Positions 26,612 to 35,822 of a DNA stretch of 64,000 nt are shown piece by piece; position 1 is the first letter of the stretch, and each line of letters opens with the position of its first letter. A program made the position numbers and the translations under genes. The stretch spans positions 4,033 through 68,032 of the forward strand of contig MFTQ01000021.1 in the NCBI GenBank assembly GCA_001785355.1. The letters are read 5' to 3'. The notes beneath the pieces were generated by a model, which was given only the letters and a program-made list of their open reading frames with translations, did no database searches and was not told where the DNA came from. Source of the DNA: Candidatus Nomurabacteria bacterium RIFCSPHIGHO2_01_FULL_41_71. GTDB lineage: Bacteria > Patescibacteriota > Minisyncoccia > Phycocordibacterales > UBA9973.

Positions 26612-28567
26612 ATGTTCGTCGTAAACAGATCTCACCACAATCCCATTCTTGTGCCTGATCGAGACCATTACTGGGAAGCGTATGCGACTTTCAATATGAG
26701 CGTGATTAAAAAAGGCGCGATATTTTTCGGCATCTACCGGGCTGTGTCCGCGCCGGATCATCTTCGCACTCCGGAACAAATCTCTATTATTGGCATAGGC
26801 AAGAGCAAGGACGGAGCGCACTTTGAAGATCGAGCACCCTTTATCGTTCCCACGGAAGAATGGGAAAAGTATGGCTGTGAAGATCCGCGCATAACTTACT
26901 TTGAAGGACAATACTATATTTTCTATACCGCTCTTTCGAAGTATCCCTTCGAGTCGGACGGTATTAAAGTCGCTGTCGCCGTGTCTTCGGATTTAAAGAA
27001 AATTCAAGAAAGGCATCCGGTAACGCCTTTCAATGCCAAAGCGATGTCACTTTTTTCGGAGCGTATCAATGGCAAGATTACCGCGATTCTTACAACCAAC
27101 ACTGACACTCCCCCCGCGAGGATTGCTTTGGCACAGGTTGATAGAATGGAAGAATTTTGGGATCCTGCTTTCTGGGAAAAGTGGTATGCCAATATAGACA
27201 AATATACCATTGACTTGAGAAGGGACCCTTTGGATCATGTCGAAGCGGGCGCTCCTCCCGTTAAAACTCCGCATGGGTGGCTCATCCTCTACTCTCATAT
27301 TCAAAATTATTTCTCCGGCGGAAACCCGGATCGCGTGTTCGGGATTGAGGCGGTGATTTTGGATTTGAATGATCCGTTCAAGGTTGTAGGGAGCACCCGC
27401 GGTCCGGTGCTGGTGCCGAGAGAGCCCTATGAACTTCTGGGACATGTGTCGAATGTGGTTTTCCCATCCGGATCAATTTTAAAAAAGTCTTCTCGGTCGG
27501 CCACCGGTGATACCCTTCTTATATATTACGGCGCTACCGACATGACTGTGTGCGTAGCTTCCGTAAACCTGGATGATCTTCTGGAAACCATCCGTCCGGA
27601 GACTAACTCGCGTCTGTGTTTCAAACGTTTTGCCAAAAACCCCGTTATTATACCGAACTCGAAGCATGCCTGGGAAGCGAAAGCGACTTTTAATCCCGCG
27701 GCTCTGCGTCTTGGACGGACTACTCACATATTATATCGAGCTCTTTCGGACGACAATGTCTCCAGTATCGGGTACGCATCTAGTAAAGATGGATTTAATG
27801 TGGGCAAGCGGGAGATAAATCCGATATATATCCCGAAAGAAAATTTTGAGATAAAAAAAGTAGCTGAAGGAAATTCCGGTTGTGAAGACCCGCGTATAAC
27901 CAAGATCGGCAAAACCATTTACATGTGCTACACGGCTTTCGATGGCATCGGTCCGCCTCGAGTCGCCATTACTTCCATTAAAGAGCGCGATTTTCTAGTG
28001 AAAAATTGGAAATGGGAGAAGCCGGTCCTTATAACTCCGGAGGGTTTCGATGACAAGGATACCTGTATTTTTCCTCAGAAAATAAACGGAGAATATTTTA
28101 TTTTACATCGGGTAGAGAATGAAATGTGCGGAGATTATTTCAAGACGCTTGATTTCAGAAAAGAGACGGTCAAGAAATGCATTCGGATTATCGGCCCGAG
28201 GATCAACACCTGGGACAGCGCCAAGGTGGGCATCTGCGCTCCTCCGATAAAGACCAAGTATGGCTGGCTACTCCTGTATCACGGAGTTTCCAAGAGTCAT
28301 AATACATATCGGATAGGAGCTGTTCTGCTTGATCTGAAAGATCCGGCTATCGTGCTCTCGCGCACCGCCGACCCGATATTCGAGCCGATGGAGATATATG
28401 AGAGGGAGGGGATCGTAAACAACGTCATCTTCCCGTGCGGAATGGTTGAAAAGGACGGCCTGCTTTTTATATATTACGGAGGCGCGGACAAAGTGGTCGG
28501 AGTGGCGACCATGGAGCTCAATCTTCTTATGCGGACTTTGACCAGAAATCTCCGCCCAAAGAAATAG
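26612..28567 (+). CDS. Tandem double GH130-domain protein
   Basis: Two repeats each carrying GCEDPRIT...Y(I/M)(F/C)YTA(L/F)...GYASS and C-terminal YYGGADK motifs. Confidence 0.7.
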   Translation: MFVVNRSHHNPILVPDRDHYWEAYATFNMSVIKKGAIFFGIYRAVSAPDHLRTPEQISIIGIGKSKDGAHFEDRAPFIVPTEEWEKYGCEDPRITYFEGQYYIFYTALSKYPFESDGIKVAVAVSSDLKKIQERHPVTPFNAKAMSLFSERINGKITAILTTNTDTPPARIALAQVDRMEEFWDPAFWEKWYANIDKYTIDLRRDPLDHVEAGAPPVKTPHGWLILYSHIQNYFSGGNPDRVFGIEAVILDLNDPFKVVGSTRGPVLVPREPYELLGHVSNVVFPSGSILKKSSRSATGDTLLIYYGATDMTVCVASVNLDDLLETIRPETNSRLCFKRFAKNPVIIPNSKHAWEAKATFNPAALRLGRTTHILYRALSDDNVSSIGYASSKDGFNVGKREINPIYIPKENFEIKKVAEGNSGCEDPRITKIGKTIYMCYTAFDGIGPPRVAITSIKERDFLVKNWKWEKPVLITPEGFDDKDTCIFPQKINGEYFILHRVENEMCGDYFKTLDFRKETVKKCIRIIGPRINTWDSAKVGICAPPIKTKYGWLLLYHGVSKSHNTYRIGAVLLDLKDPAIVLSRTADPIFEPMEIYEREGIVNNVIFPCGMVEKDGLLFIYYGGADKVVGVATMELNLLMRTLTRNLRPKK

Positions 28568-28674
28568 GATTTGTGTTTTTAAAACAGATTTCTTTAGGTG
28601 AACCCAAGAGTTGGCTTTCCGAACTCATAAAAGAATCTCAAGGGATAAAATTAAGTATATCAGAATTACAAAGT

Positions 28675-29214
28675 TTAGCTTTCCTTGCCGTCTAGCCCTT
28701 CTCCTAGAGTGATTTTCCCCAAAGCTGGATTAAAACTAACAGTTCCTAAATCGGTCTCTACTTTTGTTTTATCTTTTATCTCCATTTCCTTATCAACATT
28801 TAATTTCAAACCTGTGATACTGCCTCCGGAGCGGGAATCTTTTATGGCTATATCTACCGGTTTTTCAAAAATCTTCTGCACAGAATCATCGGAGGTTCGG
28901 CCATCCAATCCAGTAATGTCTCCTTCTGCCACAACATTAGAAATTAAAATTTTCAGGCCCGGTTCTACATTACTGATGTCTTCTCCATTCAGTTTATTAT
29001 CAATGGCAATGACCAACTCCAAAACTTTCTCCAAAGAGAGTTTCTGGCGCTCTATTTCAATAGCTTCTTTTGAGCCGACTAATACTCCATATAGAGCATC
29101 AAGGCCCGGCGCAAGGCCCAGTAATTTCTCAATAGCATTTTTATTGCGAATAGATTTTTCTCGCTTTTTTAGCTCAATTTCAATTTGTTTTTCTATATCT
29201 TCTTTTGTCTTCAT
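28675..29214 (-). CDS. Hypothetical coiled-coil protein (island cargo)
   Basis: ORF only. Confidence 0.3.
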   Translation of the reverse strand: MKTKEDIEKQIEIELKKREKSIRNKNAIEKLLGLAPGLDALYGVLVGSKEAIEIERQKLSLEKVLELVIAIDNKLNGEDISNVEPGLKILISNVVAEGDITGLDGRTSDDSVQKIFEKPVDIAIKDSRSGGSITGLKLNVDKEMEIKDKTKVETDLGTVSFNPALGKITLGEGLDGKES

Positions 29215-29254
29215 TTTTCTAGTTTAGCATTAACAGAAATAAAGTCATTCTTGG

Positions 29255-29878
29255 CTAAAATTTTTCAATAAATAATTCACCTACTATCTTTGTGGTGTTT
29301 TTTTCTCCACCTAATTCAAAACACCAATGAGGGCGGTCATTGATCCCAATTATGGATAGATTTTTTATCCAAAAATCAGCTGGTTTTTCAAGGGTCATTA
29401 TTGCTTTTATAGAGGTCTTAAACTTGCCCTTATTTTCAAGAGGAAAAACTAATGGCTTATTTTGTAAAAAGTAAGTCAAAGCACCGGCAATGGTTTTCCA
29501 ATTTTCATGATTGCTAAAAAGTTCCATGTTAAGGTCGTTTTCTTGAAAAAGAGAAGCTAGTTCTTTTCTTAAAGAATTTAAGCCAATTATTTTTGATATT
29601 TCACCATGCAGAGCTCTTGCATCAGATTTCCAGTATTTGGATAAAGCATTAGTTATATCGCGAAAAATCGCCAATCGCATGTCTGAAGGCCGGTCTAATT
29701 TTGTATGCACTATCCAGTCGCTATAGAATTCTATGGTTTTATATTTTGAAATGTCTGGGTGATTTTCAATTAAGTGTCGCGCTTGAACCATAAGGAAAAT
29801 GATGTCTTGTTTTTCTATATAACCGCCTCGTTCTGAAACCCTACTAAACCATTCCTTTATGTGATCTTTTGTAGTCAT
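29255..29878 (-). CDS. Hypothetical protein (island cargo)
   Basis: ORF only. Confidence 0.3.
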   Translation of the reverse strand: MTTKDHIKEWFSRVSERGGYIEKQDIIFLMVQARHLIENHPDISKYKTIEFYSDWIVHTKLDRPSDMRLAIFRDITNALSKYWKSDARALHGEISKIIGLNSLRKELASLFQENDLNMELFSNHENWKTIAGALTYFLQNKPLVFPLENKGKFKTSIKAIMTLEKPADFWIKNLSIIGINDRPHWCFELGGEKNTTKIVGELFIEKF

Positions 29879-29894
29879 AATAAAAATCTTTGAA

Positions 29895-30353
29895 TTACCC
29901 TATAATTTTATATTTTGCTTTTGCTTTTACTCCAAGTCGCCTATTTTGTATGTAATAGAAATCTATTATTCTGTCATTGTATGCTTCTTTGAGGATTGTT
30001 TTTACCTGTTCAGGTTCTTTGAGTATTTGTTGGTTAGTAAAACGAACAAACAAAACGCCTTTCCTTTTTCTTCCTATTTCCTGTTCTCGTTCAAAATCTT
30101 TTATTTGTTGATTTGTGTTATTGTGATATTCCCCGTCTATTTCAAAAATCATTTTTATTCTTGGGATGTAAAAGTCCATAATACGCACACTGCCTTTTTT
30201 CCTGCTAGTTATCATGCCTTTTTGGAAACGAAATGGTATATTCAGTTCTTCTAAAAATCCCTTAAATATAAGTTCTGCAGTGGTTGGATTATTTTTCAAT
30301 CTATACTGTGCCCAGAGTAATTTTGAAACAGGGCTTCTTGTTTTATTGTTCAT
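29895..30353 (-). CDS. DUF559/Vsr-like endonuclease-fold protein
   Basis: DFYIP...IFEIDGEYH...RKRKGVLFVRF pattern typical of DUF559 (restriction-endonuclease-like fold). Confidence 0.6.
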   Translation of the reverse strand: MNNKTRSPVSKLLWAQYRLKNNPTTAELIFKGFLEELNIPFRFQKGMITSRKKGSVRIMDFYIPRIKMIFEIDGEYHNNTNQQIKDFEREQEIGRKRKGVLFVRFTNQQILKEPEQVKTILKEAYNDRIIDFYYIQNRRLGVKAKAKYKIIG

Positions 30354-30361
30354 TTGTTTAA

Positions 30362-31720
30362 TTAAAAAGGTATTTCAAAGTCGTCATCATCTTCATTTTC
30401 TGCTTCTGCCCATATCTTAATTAGATTATTTTTAATATCTTCCTTTTTAGAAGGTTCAATAGAGTTAATTTCTTCCCTAGCTTCTTTTGAAAGTGATTTT
30501 AGTCCCTCATCTTGTTCCTTAATTTCACTGCTTATCTTTAGAGACATTTCATTCAAACCCATTAACTTGATCCCAGAAAGTGAACGCACGCGAGATAAAG
30601 CAACATAACCCATTCCCTCCGCAAATGCTTTGCTCAAGTCAATTTCAGCATAATCAAGCGTCATTCCTTGACTCTTGTGGACCGTAATAGCCCAAGCAAG
30701 ACGAAGCGGAATCTGACTGATTCCGGCTAGAACAATATCATCTTCTTCAAATTCCCAACTGGTTGGACTTGCAATGATGTTGCCATTGCGGGTTTTAACA
30801 ATGGGATAATTGCTATCCTTATCAAAATCAATGACCATACCTAAAGTTCCATTTACATACCCACGATCAAAATTGTTTTTTACAAACATTACCAAAGCCC
30901 CCTTTTTTACTTCTAAAGTTTCAGGGGCCAAGCAATCATCCTTTAGAATTTTTACTAAATCAGATTCTCCCCAAGATGTCATTTTGTAGAAGTTGGGAGG
31001 TTCGTCTATTTGCGCAAGTTCAAAAGCATTGATGGCATCAACATCTGCATTGTGGGTATAGAGTTTTGTCGGTTTCAGTATTCCCTCAATGTTTTTTTGA
31101 TACCTTTCCATCAGGTGGCTAAATGTTTCTTTATTAACAGCATCTTCTCGTATGGAATTTAGAATTGCTAAAAAGCGCAAATCTTCTTGACGATACTGTT
31201 TTTCTAAATAACAGACAGTAAATCTTGCTCTATGCCAAGCATTTGAAGCAAAAATAAATTCTGGTTTAGGTTCTCCTTTTTTGTAAACCGGAGGAAGCTG
31301 AAAAAGGTCTCCACTCAATACAACTTGAAGCCCTCCAAATGCAGATTCATTTTTTCTAATAGAGCGACAAACTTTTTCCACAAGGTCAATTACTCTTGCT
31401 TCCAACATTGAAACTTCATCAATTATGAGAACTTTGGCTTTCAATACTCGCGCTTGTATATTTTGACTATTAATAATTTTATAGAAATCTTTATTTTCAA
31501 GAGTTTTCTTCTTTCCAACACCAGACCACGAATGAATTGTTCGTCCGTTCATGTGAGTCGCGGCAATACCCGTGCTAGCAGTCACCGCAACGGGAATTCT
31601 GTTCTTTTTTAGATAAGCAATGTAGGAATTTAGAACATATGTTTTTCCACTCCCGGCTGGTCCAGTAAGAAAAACATTATGCCCCATCTTCAATACATCA
31701 AGGGTTTCTTCTTGGGTCAT
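30362..31720 (-). CDS. PIF1-like/RecD-like SF1 DNA helicase
   Basis: Walker A LTGPAGSGKTY, ASTGIAA, VLSGDLFQLPPV, C-terminal AITVHKSQGMT. Confidence 0.75.
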   Translation of the reverse strand: MTQEETLDVLKMGHNVFLTGPAGSGKTYVLNSYIAYLKKNRIPVAVTASTGIAATHMNGRTIHSWSGVGKKKTLENKDFYKIINSQNIQARVLKAKVLIIDEVSMLEARVIDLVEKVCRSIRKNESAFGGLQVVLSGDLFQLPPVYKKGEPKPEFIFASNAWHRARFTVCYLEKQYRQEDLRFLAILNSIREDAVNKETFSHLMERYQKNIEGILKPTKLYTHNADVDAINAFELAQIDEPPNFYKMTSWGESDLVKILKDDCLAPETLEVKKGALVMFVKNNFDRGYVNGTLGMVIDFDKDSNYPIVKTRNGNIIASPTSWEFEEDDIVLAGISQIPLRLAWAITVHKSQGMTLDYAEIDLSKAFAEGMGYVALSRVRSLSGIKLMGLNEMSLKISSEIKEQDEGLKSLSKEAREEINSIEPSKKEDIKNNLIKIWAEAENEDDDDFEIPF

Positions 31721-31724
31721 ATAA

Positions 31725-33998
31725 TCATTTACTTTTAGCTGGAATGATATTTTCTTGATCGTTCAACTTTATTATTACTGGTTGTCTCAACATAAGACCC
31801 TTACCAATTCCAATAGCGTGTCTTTCCTCAAGAGTAGAGAGTGTATCTGCGTAGTCACGGCCGATATAATTTTCTAAGAAAGTTTTACCAGTATCATCAA
31901 ATACACGAAGAGCAAAAATTGTATTACATTGGTTTAATATACTCTTACTAACATTTGCTGTTCTTTGGGTAATAATCAAACTTCCCAAACCGAATTTTCT
32001 TCCTTGCAAAATAACCTTAGCGATTCCATTTGTTGCACCTTCGTCTCCTTTATTTGCAACGGAATTCCATTCTGGAACAAGTGAGTGAGCTTCTTCAAAT
32101 ACTAGCAGGTATTTAGCATCTTTTGACTGACCTTTTGCTTTTGCGTTTTCAAGGATAATCTCTGATATTATTCTTGTTTTTTCCACCAGAGAAAGGTCGG
32201 CCATTGGTGCTTGATCTTGCCAATCATTTTGGCCCGCTCCCACTTTCTTCGGTTTTACATCGTTAGTTTGTTTGCTTACATCATAATCTTCTGGATTTAT
32301 TATTAAGAGCCGGTCACCATTGTCAAAAAAAGCATTGAGTAATTCAGTTATTTTTTGCCTAAAATTCCCATGATTTCCGCCACGATGCACATCTTTATTT
32401 ATTGTCGTATAGTTGGTTGATAACTCGGATATTAAATCTTTATCGGAAAGCACTACAGGAGAACAACCATAACCTGTCAGCGCATCAAAGTATTCTCCTG
32501 TAATATCAAAACAAACAACTTTTGCTTCAGTGCCACTTAAAACTTTTTGTATGAGTTCAAAAGTCAGACATGATTTTCCTATGCCTAAAATTCCAAGAAC
32601 AGCTGTATTGTGAGTCACAACAGAGTTGATGTCTTTCAATGGTATTTCATAATCAGTATTTGGAAGATGTCCAATTGATTCCTTTGCGCACTTTCTTTTT
32701 TGTTCATCGGTCATTTTTGGATTATTTATAAAGAATAGTGGAGAATAAACGGAGGGAACCCATCTACTAACATCAAGAATTTTTGTTGCTTTGTCATAGT
32801 TTCCCAATTTCCGAGCCACGCCAACAACGAATCCATGAGAGTCAAAATTCTCAAGATGTTCTTCTTTTGTATTCCCGTTTATAACTTGATATAAAGTTTC
32901 TTTTCCATAAATTTCTGTTTTCAAAACAAAACCCTCTGATATTTGTTTTTCCTTTTCATCAACATTGCCGATAATAGAAAAATTTATAGTGCTGATATTG
33001 GAACCCGTTGTGACATATCCAATAAATGTATTCCTTTCTTTATATAAAGTGTTGTCGTTTATTTTCTTCCTTTCTTCTTCCGGCAAGGATGTCAATTCAA
33101 TTGAATATGCGCAGTTCTTTTGAGAAAAGATTGATTTGGGGTCGGAAATAATCTTCTTGGAACGAAGGTCAATTTTCACAGGCACACCTGTCTCGTCTCT
33201 TAACAAATAAATACTTAGCCATCTCTTACTAAGAAGATGTTTTTTATCAACAACCATACCAATTGAACCCACATTTTGACTTGTCTCAATTGCCACCAAG
33301 TCACCGTATTTTACATTGGGTGCTTGAGTATTTTTTTGTAAATCTATTTCAACTCTATAAAAAAATGGGTTTTCGCAACCGATTGCTGTTCCCAATTCTT
33401 CTGTTCCCTTTGGATTAAACAAATTAAATAATCCTATAGCTTTTTTGACAATCAATCCGCCTAAGTCAAAAAATACTAGGACTACCCAGAAAGCAATCGC
33501 GATTATGAAATTTAGGTAGTTATTGGGGATGGCAAAATAAGAATAACTAGCGGAAAGATAAACTATAGAAAATAAAACTTCTGCCTTACCTAATATTCCT
33601 ACGAGTTTATATGCCAATTGACTGGCCTTTTTTAATTTTTCCCTGTGAGTATCTTTCGTGGCAATACAAAAAATACTTCCTAAAAAAACTAACAGTGTAT
33701 AGCAAAGTATCGGTGTATATGCCCATAGAGCTGATTTATTTGATAAGCTAATCATTCCAGCAAGAACAGCGATTGAATTGGCTAGTGCGTCAGATGGTTT
33801 TGTAAAATATGTTTCTATCACATATTTACCTAAAACAATCATCAGTGCGCCGGAGAAAAACCATATAGTATTGTCGTTAGATGCTTTACCCAACAAAGAA
33901 TCAAAATCTCCACCTATTATTTTGTAAATAACAACAAGAGCTATAAAATATAGAGTAGCGACCAGCAATCTTTCTCGTTGTTTTAGGTCAAATTTCAT
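31725..33998 (-). CDS. Membrane-anchored FtsK/HerA-superfamily ATPase (DUF87-like). N-terminal ~6 TM helices
   Basis: Walker A GILGIGKS and LLVFEEAHSLVP (EEAH Walker-B variant of HerA/VirB4/T4CP-type ATPases). Hydrophobic N-terminal 200 aa. Confidence 0.6.
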   Translation of the reverse strand: MKFDLKQRERLLVATLYFIALVVIYKIIGGDFDSLLGKASNDNTIWFFSGALMIVLGKYVIETYFTKPSDALANSIAVLAGMISLSNKSALWAYTPILCYTLLVFLGSIFCIATKDTHREKLKKASQLAYKLVGILGKAEVLFSIVYLSASYSYFAIPNNYLNFIIAIAFWVVLVFFDLGGLIVKKAIGLFNLFNPKGTEELGTAIGCENPFFYRVEIDLQKNTQAPNVKYGDLVAIETSQNVGSIGMVVDKKHLLSKRWLSIYLLRDETGVPVKIDLRSKKIISDPKSIFSQKNCAYSIELTSLPEEERKKINDNTLYKERNTFIGYVTTGSNISTINFSIIGNVDEKEKQISEGFVLKTEIYGKETLYQVINGNTKEEHLENFDSHGFVVGVARKLGNYDKATKILDVSRWVPSVYSPLFFINNPKMTDEQKRKCAKESIGHLPNTDYEIPLKDINSVVTHNTAVLGILGIGKSCLTFELIQKVLSGTEAKVVCFDITGEYFDALTGYGCSPVVLSDKDLISELSTNYTTINKDVHRGGNHGNFRQKITELLNAFFDNGDRLLIINPEDYDVSKQTNDVKPKKVGAGQNDWQDQAPMADLSLVEKTRIISEIILENAKAKGQSKDAKYLLVFEEAHSLVPEWNSVANKGDEGATNGIAKVILQGRKFGLGSLIITQRTANVSKSILNQCNTIFALRVFDDTGKTFLENYIGRDYADTLSTLEERHAIGIGKGLMLRQPVIIKLNDQENIIPAKSK

Positions 33999-34070
33999 AA
34001 ATTATTTTTCTGCTATTATCAACTCAAAATACCATAAAAAAGATAAATAATCTATAGAAAATATAGCTAT

Positions 34071-34499
34071 CTATTTTAGAAAGAAGCTAGAGATAAACCA
34101 TATGGAATACAAGAAAAAAACACTATTCAAGACAGCGAGAGAAAGTATTGAGTAATTGAGAAATGATTTTCTGCTCGCTGTTTCTTTTCTAACTTTAAGA
34201 CAGAACCATAAGGCCAAAGTCCACAGCAAAGGAGGTAAGAAGTATGGCAAATCTAGAAGAAAGGTGGGCGAAAATCCAAAGTAGTGATCTTGACCCGTAT
34301 AGATTAACTGGCCGGAAAAGATGTGGAAGTATTTATCCGCAAGACCGGGAGTAATGATGAATATAAATACAGGTAAAACAGTAAGCAAAATACTAACGAG
34401 TAGATTCTTAAATTGTTTTTTATTTTCCATGTGATTGTCGTGTTCTTCTTGCAACACCTTTATAGTTAATTTTTTTAATTTTTCTATGTCTTCACTCAT
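34071..34499 (-). CDS. Membrane protein, unknown
   Basis: ORF with 3-4 TM. Confidence 0.35.
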   Translation of the reverse strand: MSEDIEKLKKLTIKVLQEEHDNHMENKKQFKNLLVSILLTVLPVFIFIITPGLADKYFHIFSGQLIYTGQDHYFGFSPTFLLDLPYFLPPLLWTLALWFCLKVRKETASRKSFLNYSILSLAVLNSVFFLYSIWFISSFFLK

Positions 34500-34607
34500 T
34501 TGGATAATTAGAATTATGGGGTAGCCATGTATCTAGCGCAAAGGGAAAAATTATTGCACTGATTAAGAGTAGAAGCACGATAATTTCCCACAGGTTCTGC
34601 GGAGGCC

Positions 34608-34811
34608 TCATGGCTTCTTTGTTATAGTTCGGTAAAGCCACACAAGACCACATATAAGCCCTAAAAGGGCCACTATGCTACCTATAACCTCAAAAAGCGG
34701 ATAACCTGCAATGCTTAAAACATACCCTCCTAAAAGCCCAGTGATGGCATTTCGGCCATAATCCTTGCGTGTCATTTGCTTGAATGACAAAAAGCGTTTT
34801 TTGTTTTCCAT
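34608..34811 (-). CDS. Small membrane protein, unknown
   Basis: ORF with 2 TM. Confidence 0.3.
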   Translation of the reverse strand: MENKKRFLSFKQMTRKDYGRNAITGLLGGYVLSIAGYPLFEVIGSIVALLGLICGLVWLYRTITKKP

Positions 34812-34858
34812 TTCGCGTGGTTTTTAATGCTAGTAATAGCGGAGTTGATAGCAAAAAT

Positions 34859-34960
34859 GGCTACACAAGACCGCGACAATTCCTTTCGGAACTGCCCTGC
34901 ACCCTTTCGGGCACAGACCACGCGAGTAGGCGGCTTGTGTAGCCGTTTTTACCCGCGTGG
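34859..34960 (+). ncRNA. Candidate structured RNA / cis-regulatory leader: GC-rich nested and alternative hairpins in an AT-rich intergenic region (strand not established)
   Basis: 11-bp stem ggctacacaag...cttgtgtagcc enclosing two UUCG-type hairpins. Competing ccacgcg...cgcgtgg stem followed by T-rich run; a second cgcgtggttttt copy at 34814. Confidence 0.25.
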
Positions 34961-35158
34961 ATTTATTTTCACCATGCCATTTTACCGGTTTAGGTGTTGT
35001 AATTTCATAGTAGCTCTTTTTTGACCTAAAAACAACACAACTTGCATACTAAATTTGGTATGCTACAATTAAAGTAATTGAATATGGAATGATAGATCGG
35101 CCACATGGTTTAATTGCAAGTTTTGCAGTTAAGTCGGCCGTTTTTTTATTTAATATAC

Positions 35159-35608
35159 ATGAAAATAAGGGTAATAAAAAAAGGAAATAGAGAAAAGCCA
35201 AAGGTGAAAATCATCAAGCGTTCTCCTACTTTCAAGCAATCCCGTGTTATTGCAATTGTGCGGGAAAATGCGGGAAAGGTGGGGAGTAAGGCAGAGGTCT
35301 TGAGGCAAGCAGGATATGGCCCGGACGCAGTGAATAATCCGGAAAGAGTTTTTAACTCTCCGGCTGTCAAAGAAGCGCTTGATCCGATTGTGAGAAAAAT
35401 GAGAGAAATTCGCACAAAAGTTTTAGATGCACTTGATGAGAAAGATTTCAGTAAAGAAAGTGCCTTCAACCTCACTATGATTTCCGGGATGCTGACGAAA
35501 GATTCCGAGCTGTTAGATGGGAGACCAACCTCAAGGGACGGCTACCAGATAACGGAATCGGAAAAAGAACACATAAGACGATTATTGGAAAAGAACAGAA
35601 AAAAATAG
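35159..35608 (+). CDS. Terminase small-subunit-like / HTH DNA-binding protein (tentative)
   Basis: PTFKQSRVIAIVRENAGKVGSKAEVLRQAGYGPDAV resembles the Terminase_2/P27 small-subunit HTH. Start moved to MKIRVIKK. Confidence 0.35.
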   Translation: MKIRVIKKGNREKPKVKIIKRSPTFKQSRVIAIVRENAGKVGSKAEVLRQAGYGPDAVNNPERVFNSPAVKEALDPIVRKMREIRTKVLDALDEKDFSKESAFNLTMISGMLTKDSELLDGRPTSRDGYQITESEKEHIRRLLEKNRKK

Positions 35609-35680
35609 CTAGAACAATATGAAAAAGATTTTTACAAAAGAATTAGTTCGGCCACAAGGACCATGACCCTCCGAAGCCCG

Positions 35681-35705
35681 CAAGACGGGCTTCGGGAATC
35701 TAATA
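35681..35705. repeat. REP-like hairpin ccgaagcccg-CAAGA-cgggcttcgg upstream of recombinase 2
   Basis: 10-bp perfect stem, CAAGA loop identical to the loop of the REP family around RAYT-2. Confidence 0.7.
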
Positions 35706-35822
35706 ATGGATTAAGTGGCAATAAAAAGTCATTTTATTCCTCGCAAGAAATACAAAACATCTCGGGTTTAGGAGATGTATTGCGCAGTATACGCGCTCGG
35801 CTTATAAGAGACGGGGTATCCC

